NCBI RefSeq assembly: GCF_009914755.1
Contig: NC_060939.1
From: the human T2T-CHM13v2.0 reference genome, Homo sapiens
Length of the DNA: 64,000 nt
Direction: 5' to 3' (one strand)
In this document: piece by piece, positions 12,501 to 24,763 of the stretch
How positions within the stretch are numbered: the first letter of the stretch is position 1
Layout of the letters: each line of letters starts with the position of its first letter
The notes under the pieces: model-generated
Seen by the model: the letters and a program-made list of their open reading frames with translations, nothing else
The model's database searches: none
Told to the model about the DNA's origin: nothing
Translations under genes and position numbers: made by a program

Positions 12501-13299
12501 GCAATGAGGCGGGGAAGGGGTTTCTGAGCCCCTAGCCCAGACCTCCTGAAGGTCTCTCCCTGTGCCTGGGAGCTGGGTGTCACATATGCCCCACCCCATA
12601 CCCTAAGATGGGAGTCCTGGCCTGGACCACTCCATGGTATGGGCCTTTCCCATCTGCCTGGGCTGCCAGATGGTTCGATCTAAGGGTTGAGAACATAGGA
12701 GGGGGCAGAGGACCAGAAGTTTCCTTCTAGGAAAACGTGGTTATAGCATAGCGAGAAGAGCACTGGAATGGGATTTCAGGAGCTCCTGCCTAAACCCTAG
12801 CCCTGACCCTCCCTGGCTGTGTGATCTTGGGTTGGTCACTTCCTCCTCTGGTTGGGGACTGCCTCACCTGGTTTGAGGCTGGGTGCAGAAGTGAGCTTCT
12901 GGATGCGAGTTTATGCCCTGATGCTGCCCAGCCTTGGGCCCTGTTTTACCCTCTTCCCTTCCCCGGTGTCCCCAGACTCTGCAGCCAGTGTGTCTCCTTC
13001 TGCGCCGTGTCCTCCAACCACACATCCACTCCAGACTGCCAAGAGTTGTGACAAGTTCATGAGACTTGGAGGTTAAGGACCAGAGTTTGAGTCCTGCCAG
13101 CTTGCTTGCTTGGAGGAGGTCTCAACCTTTGTGTTCATTGTCATACATGTGGTGTAAATTCCAGCCCTTAGCACACATAAGGGAATTTTCTGAGTCAGCG
13201 TCTTTCATGTCTCTTGGATATACCCCACCTGTGCTTGTTCTGTCTATTTCATTGGGAGAGCCCTCATCTGATGGAATTCTATATCCAGTTTTTAGTGGT

Positions 13300-13480
13300 T
13301 ACCTGGGGTGGGGATAGGGGTAGAGTATTAACTGAGATAGGGTATGAGAGAAACTTCTGGAGTGATGGCGGTTACATGAATGCATACATGTATAAAAATC
13401 TGTCAAGGCAAACACTTAAGATTTGTGCACTGTAGGCATGTTATATATATTTTACATCTCAATTAAAAATAAATAAATGA
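13300..13480 (+). mobile_element. Old L1 (L1M/L1ME) 3' end
   Basis: tagtggttacctgggg...aacttctggagtgatgg...acacttaagatttgtgcac...tcaattaaaaataaataaa. Confidence 0.75.
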
Positions 13481-13780
13481 AAAAAGATTCTTCCCAGCTT
13501 TCTGGTTCAAGTCCCACCTCTCTGCATCTATTCATATATTCATTCACTCTATAAATATTTGTTTGTGCTCCAGCCAGCCCAGGCATACAGAGATGGAGAG
13601 GCTGGTCTGTGTACTGTACAGTATGTACGGAATGTACAGTATTCTGGTCTGTGTACTGTCATGGGAGCTCAGAAGCACAGAACCTTCAGGGCTCATGGGG
13701 ATATTGACCATGGAGGTGGTTCTCAACCCCGGCTGCAAATCACCTGGTGAGGTTTAAATGCCTGTTTCCAGCTTCATGTA

Positions 13781-14142
13781 TGTTTTAGTCCATTTTCTGC
13801 TTCTGTAACAGAATACCGCAGACTGGGTAGTTTATAAAGAACAGAAGTTTATTTGGCTCATGGTTCTAGAGACTAAGAAGTCCAAGAGCATGGCACCAGC
13901 ATCTGGTGAGGGTCATCCCGTGGCAGAGGCATCACGTCATAGTGAGTGTGTGAGACAGAGAGAGGAAATTGGGCCAAACTCATTCTTTCATCAGGAGCCC
14001 ACTCCCAGGATAATCACATTAATTAATTTGTGAGGGCAGAGCTCTCATGACTTAATCCCCTCTTAAAGGCCCCATCTCTTAATACTGTTACATTGGCAAT
14101 TAAATTTCAACATGAGTTTTGGCAGAGACATTCAAACCGTAG
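13781..14142 (-). mobile_element. MaLR solo LTR, MST family
   Basis: tgttttagtccattttctgc...tttatttggctcatggttct...aagtccaagagcatggcaccagcatctggtgagg...gacattcaaaccgtagc. Confidence 0.9.
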
Positions 14143-14252
14143 CCATGGGTGTATGACCTGTTCAACATTTGGTTTAATGTTCTGTTGTCACTGTCTTGAA
14201 ATTCTTAAAAACTTTTGAAAAAGGGGACCTGCAAATGAAATAGTTGGTCCTC
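14143..14252 (+). mobile_element. MER45A-like hAT-Tip100 element (5' stub at ~13768-13778)
   Basis: catgggtgtatgacctg...ggtttaatgttctgttgtcactgtcttgaaattcttaa...aaggggacc resembles the recalled MER45A consensus. Confidence 0.65.
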
Positions 14253-17200
14253 CCTGTCCTCCTTCCCCCAGAACAATAGAATCAGAATCTCTGAGAGGTG
14301 GGATCCAGGCAGTCACATTTCTTAAAAGCTGAGCTTCCATTCTCTAGCAGCCAGGTCTGAATGTAGCCCTACTCCTAGACATTTGCTGAAACACAATCTG
14401 GAGCCTCGTTCTCTAGACACTTGTGACTGAGCTGGAACAATAAGACTTCACACATGAGAGTGTCACAAGAGCAATTCCTGGGCAACAGTGTTAGAAAGCT
14501 ACAAGGGAGCTCAGAGAGGAGGGGAAGAAGACCCTCTCTGGGTTTGTTTTTTTTTTTGCAACTCTGAAAAGAGCTATCAGTCCAGTTTGTCTGCCCCTTG
14601 ATAGTATTTCCAGAAGTGGATGAGCTGTGAAGTGAGTTTGCTCTGAGGTGGCGAAGTGGGTGTAGGACGCATTGCACCATGCAAAGGTCCCATTGTGGGG
14701 TGGGAAGGTCAAGGAAGGCTTCATGGAGGAGGTGGCACATGAGCCATCCTGACCTGAGAAGGGCGAGAGAAGAGAAGAGAAGAGGAGAAAAGGCAAAAGG
14801 ACAAATGCATTTAAGAAGGGGAAGGGCTCATTTGGGGGAAAGGGAGGAACTAGGCTAACTGGAGTATGACTTGAGCAGAGAGAGATGTGGTTGGGTGGCA
14901 CAGGAAATGATAGTCTGAAGTCAGAATCCCGTCAGCAATGGGGAGCTGTTGAGTGTTCTGGATCCAAGAATAATGTGCTCCATAAATGTCTGAACGAATA
15001 AACAAAAGGGGTGTTTGGGGGAGACATAAAGGGGATTGGCCCTCTAAATCGCTGAGGTTTGCAGCCAGAACTCTGGTCCACCTGGCATGGAAGGCTCTGC
15101 ACCCTCTTCCCCATAGGTGGTGCCTGTCTGTGCAGGAACCTGGTGTCCCCTGCAGTATGGTCCAGGGGCAGCAGTGACTGAAGCATCCCCAAGAATAGCA
15201 GACATGGAACAGACCATTTCCTCCCATTTCTAGGAACAGCAAGCTGTGGGTGGATGGGTAGGTGGAGGCGCTTTTGGTACAAGCTGAGCTGTGCTCTCCA
15301 GCTCTCACCAGGTTCCCCAGCCCAGGTGAGCAGCCCTGGCAGGAAGGTGCTATCTTGTATCTCCCATGGCCTGGTGAACACTAATTCCTTGGGCAGGGTG
15401 GTCCCTGCTTGGAATAGAGGAGCCCCGATTTCTGAATAACCAGCAGCAGATCTAAAGCAGTTCTGTTTGTTTCTGTCTCCTGAAATATTTATGCAGGAAT
15501 ATGAGAAAGGGGCTCTGTTTATTGAACTCATCCTCCAGGGCAGAAGCCGTGGGGAAAGAGCCACTTCCCATGTCTGCGAGCCAATGAGCAGAGGTGGAAT
15601 TTCTTTGGGTTTGAAGTGAGACAGAGCCTGTGTGCTTGCAGAAGGAAGTGGGGTGGGATTCCTGGAGAGGACAGAAAGCCCTTTCAACCTCTTGCCTCCA
15701 GTCCCAGGAAAGCTTTTCAGCACATACTTTCCTGGCGAATCCAAATAATAACAATTGAAATCTCAGCCTTGGTTCTACTCTGGGCTTTGCCTCTATCATG
15801 CTGTGTGACCTTAGGCAAGTTGTTAACCTCTCTGGATTGTTTTTTTCCAATTCTGAAAAGAGTGAACTATCAGTCCAGTTCTAGCTGTCCGTGCAGTTCT
15901 AGCTATCAGTCCAGTTCTGTCTGCCCCTTGATAGTATTTTAAGAGTCAGTTGAGTTGTGCAGTGAAGTGGATTTAGGAAGCATTGTACCATGCAAAGTCC
16001 CAACTCTGCAGCATTCGAGGCCAGAGAACTGGCTGAGTGGCCAGCCAAGTGGCAGCCTCAGCTGTGACTTGTGGGGTCAGGCCAGAGAGAGTACTCTCTT
16101 GAGCTGGACCCTACCCTGCCTCAGGTTGGGACAAAGGGGCCCCCTCCCTCTTTCCTCCTCCAGCTAAGCCCTGCTGTCCTGTGTCCCTGAGAACACTGGC
16201 AGGATTTCCTCCCAGGAAGGGGGACATGGATGTCCAGTTTACATCCCTGGGAGTTGCAGACACCAGAGAAGCAAGGCAGCACTTCCCCATGACAGTGGGA
16301 TACGCCTTATCGTCAGATATAGAAGCCTGTGGCTCCAGGCCCTGAGCCATGCAGCAGGGCTCAGATATCCGCTGTCCTCCTTTAGGGGACTGGGATCCCC
16401 TTCCCTCAGTTCAGCCCCTTGGGCAGGGCTTCAGGGGCTTCTCCCAGGGGTGGGTTCTGTTCTCAGCTCTGTGACTGGCTTGGTCTTCCTGTTTCCCATG
16501 GTGGACTTCATGAGTGGTAAAGTTAATAACAGTTATTATCACTAGACCAATCCAAATCTTAATACAAAATACCATCAATTAAGCACCTGCTCCATGCCAG
16601 GCTCTGTACTGGCTCAGTGGACACACAGAGGGGACCAATTTCCCCAGCCTTTAAGGAAGTTGAATTCTGCCTGGGAGGCAGACGGGCAAACAAATACGGA
16701 TGAAGCCATTGGCTCAGCATTGAATGCGAGTCCTAAAGGCCGAGGGACCCTGGTGAGACGGAGCGGGCGTCTGGGAGGAGGAGGTGTTGGAGTGTGGCTC
16801 TGAACCTAGGTGAGGGAAGGAGCAGCGTGAGCAGAGGCCAGGGCAGCGACGCCGTGGGGTGCTCCCGAGCCACGAGGGTGCCCAGTGAGGTTTGAGTGTG
16901 GAGGGTCGGGGGCTGGGAAGGTGATGAGGGCTCAGGGGTGGCTTGCGGGGAGGTGGGAGTTGTGCAGGAGTGCTGTTCCTGGGCCCATGTGTATCAGTCC
17001 ATCCATGAAGAGCCTTTTAGTAGTAAAGAGATGCGACGAAGTCATTAGATTCCACAACAATAAATCTTCATTAAGCATGCACTGTGCCCGTGACCCTAGG
17101 TGATGGGACAGTCCACATGGGTGAATAAAACAGGAACAGTCCCTGCCCTCAGGGACAGGCCCAGGAGGATGGGGAGACAGGACAGAACACAATCCTGACA

Positions 17201-18199
17201 TCAGTGGTAGAAATGCTGTTAAAGAAAATACAGGGGCATGGGGGGTAGGGGGTGGGGGTTGTGAGAAGGGGATCCCCTGTGGAATGAAGGGGGGATAGAG
17301 CCCCATGGGATCTAGGGGGATTTTTCTGGCTGAGAGAGAAGCAATTTTGAGGCTCCAGCAGGAGCCTGCCTGCCACGGAAAGCACAGTGAGCAGGCCTGG
17401 TCTGGTGGGAAAGGAGATTGAAGGGGAAGGTGGGTTCTGGCTCCCATAAGGCTGGCCTGTGCTAGCTGCTCACTAATACTTCTCGACTGACTGGGAGGAC
17501 AGATAGGTGAAGGATAAGGCTGGAGGCCTGGAGCCCAGCAGCCATGTTGAGGTGATGAGGATGGAGCCAGGGCAGAGGCAGCAGGCACAGGGAAGATGCA
17601 TCTTCAGGCCTTGGGGATGGTGTGGGAGGAGAGGGGTACAACACAGCAGGCAGAGTCTTCCCGGAGCTCCTGGGAGAAGATCCAGATCCACAAACCCACG
17701 GGGAGAAATGGCCGCGCATCACGCAGAGCACTCCCCACGCCCCTTCCCACAGGCCACCCCAGCCACTCTGGCCTCCTGACCTGGGGCCCATGGAGCCCAT
17801 CCTGTGGCTCTCCTCCTGCCTGCCTTCTGGAGGGTGCTCCAAACTGGGTCTTGTCCTCCTGCAGGGCCAGCAGGGCTCCGCAGAAGTCCTCAGGGACCGC
17901 CCTCCCCTGCCAGCCTCACCTCGAGTCCAACCTCATTAGTATTTTGAGCAGAAGCATATATATCTTTTTTTTTTTTTCCTGCAGGGAATTGGTGGCCTGC
18001 TCATTTCAAATTGCGTAAAACCAAAGAGCAATTAAGAGGCACAGCCTTCTCGGGTCAAGGAGAAATGACAGAGAGAGGTGGCTTTGCTCGCCTGGCTGCT
18101 GGCACATCTTTTCCAGGCTGGCCTGGTTTTGGGGTGACAGGGAGGGGAGATGCTGTGGGATTTTAATTCACCAGCAACAAAATACTAACGAGTAGGACA

Positions 18200-18400
18200 G
18201 AATCACTAATGCTTATTCAGCGCTTACCATGTTCCAGGGGCAGTCCTAATTGTTTTACACGCACCTCATATCACCCTTTCAATACCTAGGAAGCACAGGG
18301 AGATGGCTTCTACTGTTATGCCCATTCTGTGAAACTGAGGCTCCAAGGGGTTAAGCAGCATGCCCCAGGTCACACAACGGAAATGGAACCAGGGTTCTAT
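18200..18400 (-). mobile_element. MIR SINE
   Basis: gaaactgaggctccaaggggttaagcagcatgccccaggtcacacaac. Confidence 0.8.
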
Positions 18401-19989
18401 TGCATCCCCATTGTGCCCCAGGGCCCATGCTGTTAACTGCCTGGCTGTTTGGCCTCTCAAAAGCATTGCATTTAGCCAATCACTTCTCCCTAATTTCTGT
18501 TTCCCCCCCATCAAAAAAAAAAAAATAAATAAATAAAAAATAAAAAAGACCAAACGAACAAAATCCTCCATTGCTATGGAGCTCAGAGGCTTCACCAGGG
18601 TTACTGTGGTGAACAAGGGCAGAGAGGAACCTCGGGCAAAAGTCCAGCCTGCGGTTCCCATCCTTGTCCCTCTCCCAGTGGCCTGCACAGTTAGACCCAT
18701 TGCTCTTGGCTGGTGTGGAGGCATCTGACCCATTAGGGGGCCACTGTGGTGGTCCAGGCGAGAGGCCTGAGCTGACCAGGGGGATCCAGTGAGGACTGAG
18801 AGGAGGGCAGGATGCAGGGTGACGTTTTGGAAGTTGATGAGTCTGTGGGGGTGGGTATGAGTTAGAAGTCAGTGGAGAACCATGGCCACACAGTCAAGAG
18901 TGATGGAGAACCCAGGAGAAAGAGGTGGCGCTGATTTCTCCACCTTTTCTTCAGATCCAGACCCCCTCCACCACCTGGATCATCCACCTTGTTCCATAGA
19001 CTTGGCTCTGAGAGCATTTTCACTGTTTCAGAGAATCGGATCCCAGAGGCTGAAGCTCAGTGCCCTGGGCTCTGTAGGCAGCCCCTGGAGAAGAGGGCGG
19101 GCAGTCTGGCTGGAATTGGGGTGTCCCGGCTCTCAGGGAACTGAGCTGGTTCCTGGCCCAGGCCATGTGGGTTTTAGGATTTTAGCATTGCTAAACCCTC
19201 CTAGAACTGCTGTGTGTGTGCACGTAAGCGTGTGCTTTGGTAGGGGGTGGAGATAAATGGGAAGTTCTGCTGTCTCTGCTTCTCTATTTTGCGTGGTCAG
19301 TGATTTTTACTAATAGTAACCTTCTGGGGAAAAAATGATCCAAGGGCAGCAGTCCAATTTTCTCTAGAGAGTAGGCCTGCTTTCTAAAAAAGGACTCAAC
19401 CTGAGAGAAGCCAGAAGGAGTTCACACCCTAGACTAGAGAAGCCAGTCCCTGGTGAGCACCAGCATGCCTGTCTCCAGACTCCATTCCTGCCCTGGAGCC
19501 CGCTTGGCCTTGAACGCCCCTCTGCAGCAGCGTACTCTCCCCAGCTCCTCACTTTGGAGTTTTAATTCTACCGCAAACCTAGCTCTCCTCTGTGCCTTCC
19601 CATCTCTTTGCTGGGCACCAAGGAGCTGATCTGCTAACTGGACTTTGTTTAGAAATCTGGGGGTTTGTACAGAAACGCTGCCAAAAGAAAGTTTCTGTTC
19701 TGTCCAGACTCTCCTGAGGCCTGGAAGAGTGACTCTGCTTGCGGGAAGCTGGTGGGGATGGGAGCTGGGGCAGCCATGCTGTGAGTCTGTCCTGGGAACA
19801 GGCCCAAGCTGGGTCTGGAGCTGGTCTGGACTAGGAGAGTGAGGCTAGGGGTTAGGGGATCCACCAGCCTGTATTCCTAGAGCCTGTCGCCCCATCCTTT
19901 GGCTCGGCCCTGCCCAAACCACTTGGCTGGGCATTCAAAGCCTTCACTCTCTGGCCACCATTTACCTCCTTGGCCCCTGCCCAAACCAG

Positions 19990-20305
19990 ACACTGGTCGG
20001 CTTGCTGCCCCCAAACTCAACCTCTGCTTTTCTGCTCCCTCTCTACTTGAAAAGTCTGATTCCTGCTTTCAAAGCCCAAAGTGCGACCTCCTCCACAGAG
20101 CCTTCTCTGATCTCTCCTTGCTCCAAACTCTATCCTTCTCATGCCACTGCTCTGATGAGATAGTTATATCTGAACATGTCTTGTCTCTCCTGCCAGAGGG
20201 CAAGCCCCATGCCCTGAGTGGGAGGGAGCGTGTCGCGCCACAGATCCCATTGGGTGCTCCTGCTGTGCCTGGCCCTATAGATGTTCAATTACAGGTTTTT
20301 GAATG
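19990..20305 (+). mobile_element. L2 3' fragment
   Basis: cacagagccttctctgat...gtgcctggccctatagatgttcaattacaggtttttgaatga. Confidence 0.6.
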
Positions 20306-22074
20306 ATGTATTTATATTTTTTGCATGGATATAAGAATCTATTCTGTGCATGCGTCATAGCTTCAGCCATATAAGATGCATTCGTTGGCAAATTCATCAG
20401 AGGGAGCAGAATAAAGCCACCCAACTCTGTCCCCACAAGGGCCTGAGACGGATATAGGGAGCTTATTCTTCCTTTCTTCAATTGCCCCACCCCCACGCTG
20501 CCCAGACAGATCTGGGTTGCCCTTGAGGAATTCTAAAGGAGGGAATGCACTCTCCACTGCCCCTCAGACCTTCCACCCAAGAGAGGCAGTGCCCTGGTGA
20601 CCTCATGACAGTAGTGTGCCCTCCCCAGGCTCTCCCCTCCCCTGGGAGGCTGCCACATGCTTTCCGGACATCCGGGTCTCATTATGCTGTGACTCAAAAA
20701 TTAATCTTGTCTAATTGTGCTCGAGGCCTGAGTGAATTCAGGGACTATTAGCCAGGCTCTGTGGGCCTGGGGTCTCCATGGCAACGAGGATGCATCATAA
20801 TGAACTGCGTCCTTGGAGACTGGCTAGGAGGCATGCCCCTCCCACCCCTTGGTGTGGACTGCTGCTGCTGTCCCTGCTGCTTGGGGTAGGCCCCCTCCAG
20901 AGGGGACCTGGGGCTGGCAGAGGGAGTAGAGACAGTTTCTGTGTGTAGCCTCCAGTCTGTCTCAGTGCTTCAGGGATAAAAGATACTTGCAGATGGATGA
21001 TCCCACAGCCTTATTGTTGGCTGAAGATTTCTTCAACAAACAAACAAGCCTCCATCTAAAAACCACACACACAGCACATCAAATTCCAATAGCCTAAGTG
21101 CTGTTGTTTTGCAAATCTTTCTAAAATGTGAAAATTGCACTCCTCCGTGGAGGCCTGGCTCCAGTGTCACCTCCTCCAGGAAGCCTTCCTCAATGTTTGC
21201 ATCTTTCCCAGCCCCATTCTGCCACTGTGCTTGGTTTGTGAGCCAGGGACATTTTTCAGCACAATCTGCCAAGGAGTGGACTTCCCTGAGTACACACTAT
21301 GCTCCCTTCCCACCAGCAGACAAGCTCCTCCAGCATGGATAACCACCGCTGCCCTCCTCTCTGGGGTCCTAGACCTGGGTACCTGTAGGACTTAGTCGGA
21401 AAGACAAAGCGGTCTTTGTTAACAGCCTCTCTCTGAACTCCGTCCCACCCCCGGACCCAGGCTGGGGGGTCTTTTCTGTGGATGTGGCTTTTGGGGCCTT
21501 CAGATACCCTTGTGCCCACTATGACCATGGGTGCTGACCAGTGGGCAGACACTTTGCCTTCCCTATCTAAGGAAGAGGGAATGCCCTAAAACCAGGCCTT
21601 TGGGGAAGATGTGGAGAAGAAAAGGACATTTGAGGAAATGAAAACAGTAAATGGGACAGCCCTGGCCCAGCCTCCAGCTTCCTGGCCCTTGAGCCCCTCA
21701 GTCTGGTCCCCCACGGGGAGACAAGAAGCGTGGGAGGAAGGTGAGGAGGGAGAGATGCAAACCCAGCAATTTCCCCACAACCACAACACCACCTTCCCGG
21801 CTGTCCTGCTGATTCTCGGTTTCTAGAAATGACCGGAGAGAGAGGAATGAGTAGGGAGGAGGCTGCCTGTCTGACTTTTAATTAAAAGGGAGAGGACACC
21901 TCCTAGCCAGCCTTTAAGGCAGGGGCACTCCTGTGGTGTGTGTGCCTCCCTCGATGGGGATGGGGTGGCATGCAGGTTTTGTGGGTGTGTGAATGGTTGA
22001 CAGGTAGAGGTAGCCATTGGAAAAGCTGTCCAGAAAGCCGCATTCTCTCCTCGCTCCTCCACACCCTCTCCCCT

Positions 22075-22670
22075 TAGTGCAGCAAACGTTTCTTGAACAT
22101 TTCTTGGCTTGAGTGCCAAGCTCTGTGCCAGGCCCTGGGATGTAGAGATGGTTGAGATACTGCCGCTGGGCTCCAGGGCGGCAGGCGGGGACAGGATGGG
22201 GTTGGCAGCACTGGGAGGTTGAGGGTTCCACCCGTCCCTGGGCCTCATTCAGCCAGCATCCTCTGAGCGTTGTCAGGTGCTGTGCCTTTCGGTAGGCACC
22301 GAGGATAAAACGGTAAGTGTGGCAGAGGCCTCAGCCTGCACGGAGCTTACAGTCAAGAGTGGTGTGAGGTGGGGATTGCGGCCATGAGCGTGCAGTGCGA
22401 GGAGGGCTAGGATGAGGGTGCCTGTGGGGGCCTGGAGGAGCAGCAGCCACACAGTGTCGGGGCATCAGAAGGCCTGCCCCAGGGGTGGCCTGGAAGCAGA
22501 GATGTGAAGGAAGAGGAGGATTTGGCCAAGAGAACAGCTGGGAAGCGTGGCTGAGGTCAAGGGAATGGCTGTGTGTGCGAAGGCCGGAGAAGAAATGAGG
22601 GCTTTGAGGAGCAGAAAGAAGTTGAGTGCAGCTGGGGCTTAGTGGTGCTGGGGCAGGGCCCAGGCCTGGG
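22075..22670 (-). mobile_element. L2 fragments
   Basis: cattcagccagcatcctctgagcg...ggagcttacagtc...gatgtgaagga. Confidence 0.6.
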
Positions 22671-22678
22671 AGGGCTAT

Positions 22679-23041
22679 TGTCTTAGTCCCTCTGTGCTGC
22701 TGTAATAAAACACCTGAGCCATTTATAAAGAACAGAAATTGATTTCTCATAGCCGTGGAGCCTGGGAAGTCCAAGATCAAGTCATCAGCAAGTTCTTTTG
22801 TTTGGCAAGAGCTGCATCCTCCAGAGGGGGAGGATCACTGTGTCCCAGCATGGCGGAAGGCAGAAGGCAGAAGGCCAAACACGATGGGAAGGCTTTTTTT
22901 TTTTTTTTTTTAAATAAATGCCTTAATCCCATTCACCAGGGAGGAGCCCTCATGGCCTAATCACCTCTGAAAGGATCTGCCTCGAATACTATCACATTGG
23001 CACCGTCTGAGTTCTGGTGGAGACACATTCAAATCACAGCA
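22679..23041 (-). mobile_element. MaLR solo LTR (MST-like)
   Basis: TG...CA termini (tgtcttagtcc...cattcaaatcacagca) with a 5-bp TSD gctat/gccat. Confidence 0.9.
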
Positions 23042-23291
23042 GCCATCATAATCCCATTCGCAAGGACCACGGACTTGGTCCTGAAGTGGGAGTGGGGGGA
23101 ACTGTTGACTGGCTTTATTCCGGGGAATGACACTAGGTTTATGTTTTAAAAGACCACTCTGACATGTATTTTTTTGATTAGTAGAAATAATTTTTTTTAA
23201 ACACTCTTGGTGCTGTGGAAGGGAAGAATTGGGAGACAGGAAGGGTTTTGCCATGATTGAGATATTTGGTCCTGCCCAAATTAGGGGCTGA

Positions 23292-23292
<1 letters not shown>

Positions 23293-23341
<49 letters not shown>
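23293..23341. repeat. (CA)24 microsatellite
   Basis: Perfect CA run. Confidence 0.97.
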
Positions 23342-23345
<4 letters not shown>

Positions 23346-24396
23346 TACCTACATGTTGTAATTCACTTTGATATGGAAATTTTAGGTCACTAAGAGAGAG
23401 ATGAGCAAAAAGCGCTCTTGCTGTGTCTTTAACCGCCTCTCCCTATCGTGTACTATGTTAAACAGGATCCAGCTGTAACCTCCACGGTTCCCAGGGCTCT
23501 GATCAGCCTGGCTGGTGGGAGCCCCCATAGCTCTGCCTGCTCTGGGGTTTCCCTTCCGTTTATTGCCCCCCCTTGAGGTAGGGATGATAGATGGTGAGGT
23601 GTGACTGCCAGTTTCATAGTTCTCTACATCAGTGAAGGAGGTTCTGTGCAATGTGCAACACCCACTTTCTTCCTGAGAACACTAAGAAGCAATTCCTCTC
23701 TGTTTTCTAATAAAAATGTCTCGTGGAAGCAAGCCTGTTTCCTGGGAAAAGAGGGACTGCCTGTACGAATCTTGCAAGCACACGTGTTTCCCTGGTTGGG
23801 ATATATATAATTTTGTTTTCTTGGGGCAGGGGGTGGACACACAGCTTTGCAATCCCTTGCCTAGAAACAGCTTCCACACTGGCTTAACACCATCTGTTTC
23901 CCCTGAGCAGGAAGGTGTCAAAGAGCCCCCTGCTCAAGGATGGGTCTGTCAACGGTCTGTTAGGATAGGAGGTGAGAGACATTGGTTGCCTGGGGTGAGA
24001 GAGTAAGACAGATGGAGAGAGAAGTGGGTAGGTTGGCTGGAATTAGGATGCAGAATTGTCCACTGTGTCTTACACGCCATGGAAGTCCCAGGGCTAACAC
24101 AGTACGTGGTCGCAGTAGGTGCTTACTAAACTAGTTGCTGGATGACTGTGTTGTCAAACAAATAAATGAATTGAATGAATGAACGAGTGGATGGATGGGA
24201 GGGTATGCACAGATGAGCGAAAGTTGGCCTGTAACCTCCAAATAATTATTATCTTAAAAAAACACACTTGCTAATCATACTAGTGTGAGGCCTGAGACAG
24301 AGGAGCCTTCGTGGAGGACAAACTGCAGCAACAGTGCGAGGTCATCAGCAGATGTCAAGGAGTCCATGTGTTTAGGGCAGAGTTAGGGTGACATGG

Positions 24397-24763
24397 TGCT
24401 GTGGGCTGAATTGTATCCCCCTAATTCATATGTTGAAGCCCTAACCCCCAGTGTGTTTGGAGACAGGGCCTTTAAAGAGATAATTCAGGGTAAATGAGGT
24501 CATAAAGGCAGAGCCCTGGCCCAGTAGGACTGGTGTCCTTATAAGAAAATAGACACCAGAGAGCTCACTCTGTCCGCATCTGCACAGAGGACACAGCAAG
24601 AAGACGGCCATCTGCAAACCAGGAAGAGAGGCCTCACCAGAAACCAACCCTGCTGGACCTTGATGTTGGACTTACAGCCTCCAGAACTGTACGAAATAAA
24701 TATCTGTTGTTTAAGCCCCCAGCCTGTGGCATTCTGTTATGGCAGCCTGAGCAGGCTAATACA
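24397..24763 (+). mobile_element. MaLR solo LTR (MLT1A/B-like)
   Basis: tgctgtgggctgaattgtatcccc...aataaatatctgttgtttaagcc...gctaataca. Confidence 0.88.

Larger units (their letters stand above)
13715..14335. mobile_element. MER5-like hAT-Charlie element, interrupted by MER45A and an MST LTR
   Basis: gtggttctcaacccc...aatcacctgg at the left; gaatcagaatctctgagaggtggga resumes at ~14275. Confidence 0.65.

Noticed and set aside
12789-12810. Telomere-like hexamers (ccctag, ccctga)
   Set aside because: Only ~3 degenerate units inside a MIR-like sequence.
14932-15744. Longest ORF (270 aa, minus strand)
   Set aside because: Non-ATG start, no recognisable homology or exon structure.
15865-15918. 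Short direct repeats as a CRISPR-like array
   Set aside because: Head-to-tail units without spacers in a primate intron; no cas genes.
22310-22318. Strong donor ACG|GTAAGT
   Set aside because: Inside an L2 remnant with no supporting acceptor or promoter signal; such matches are expected by chance.
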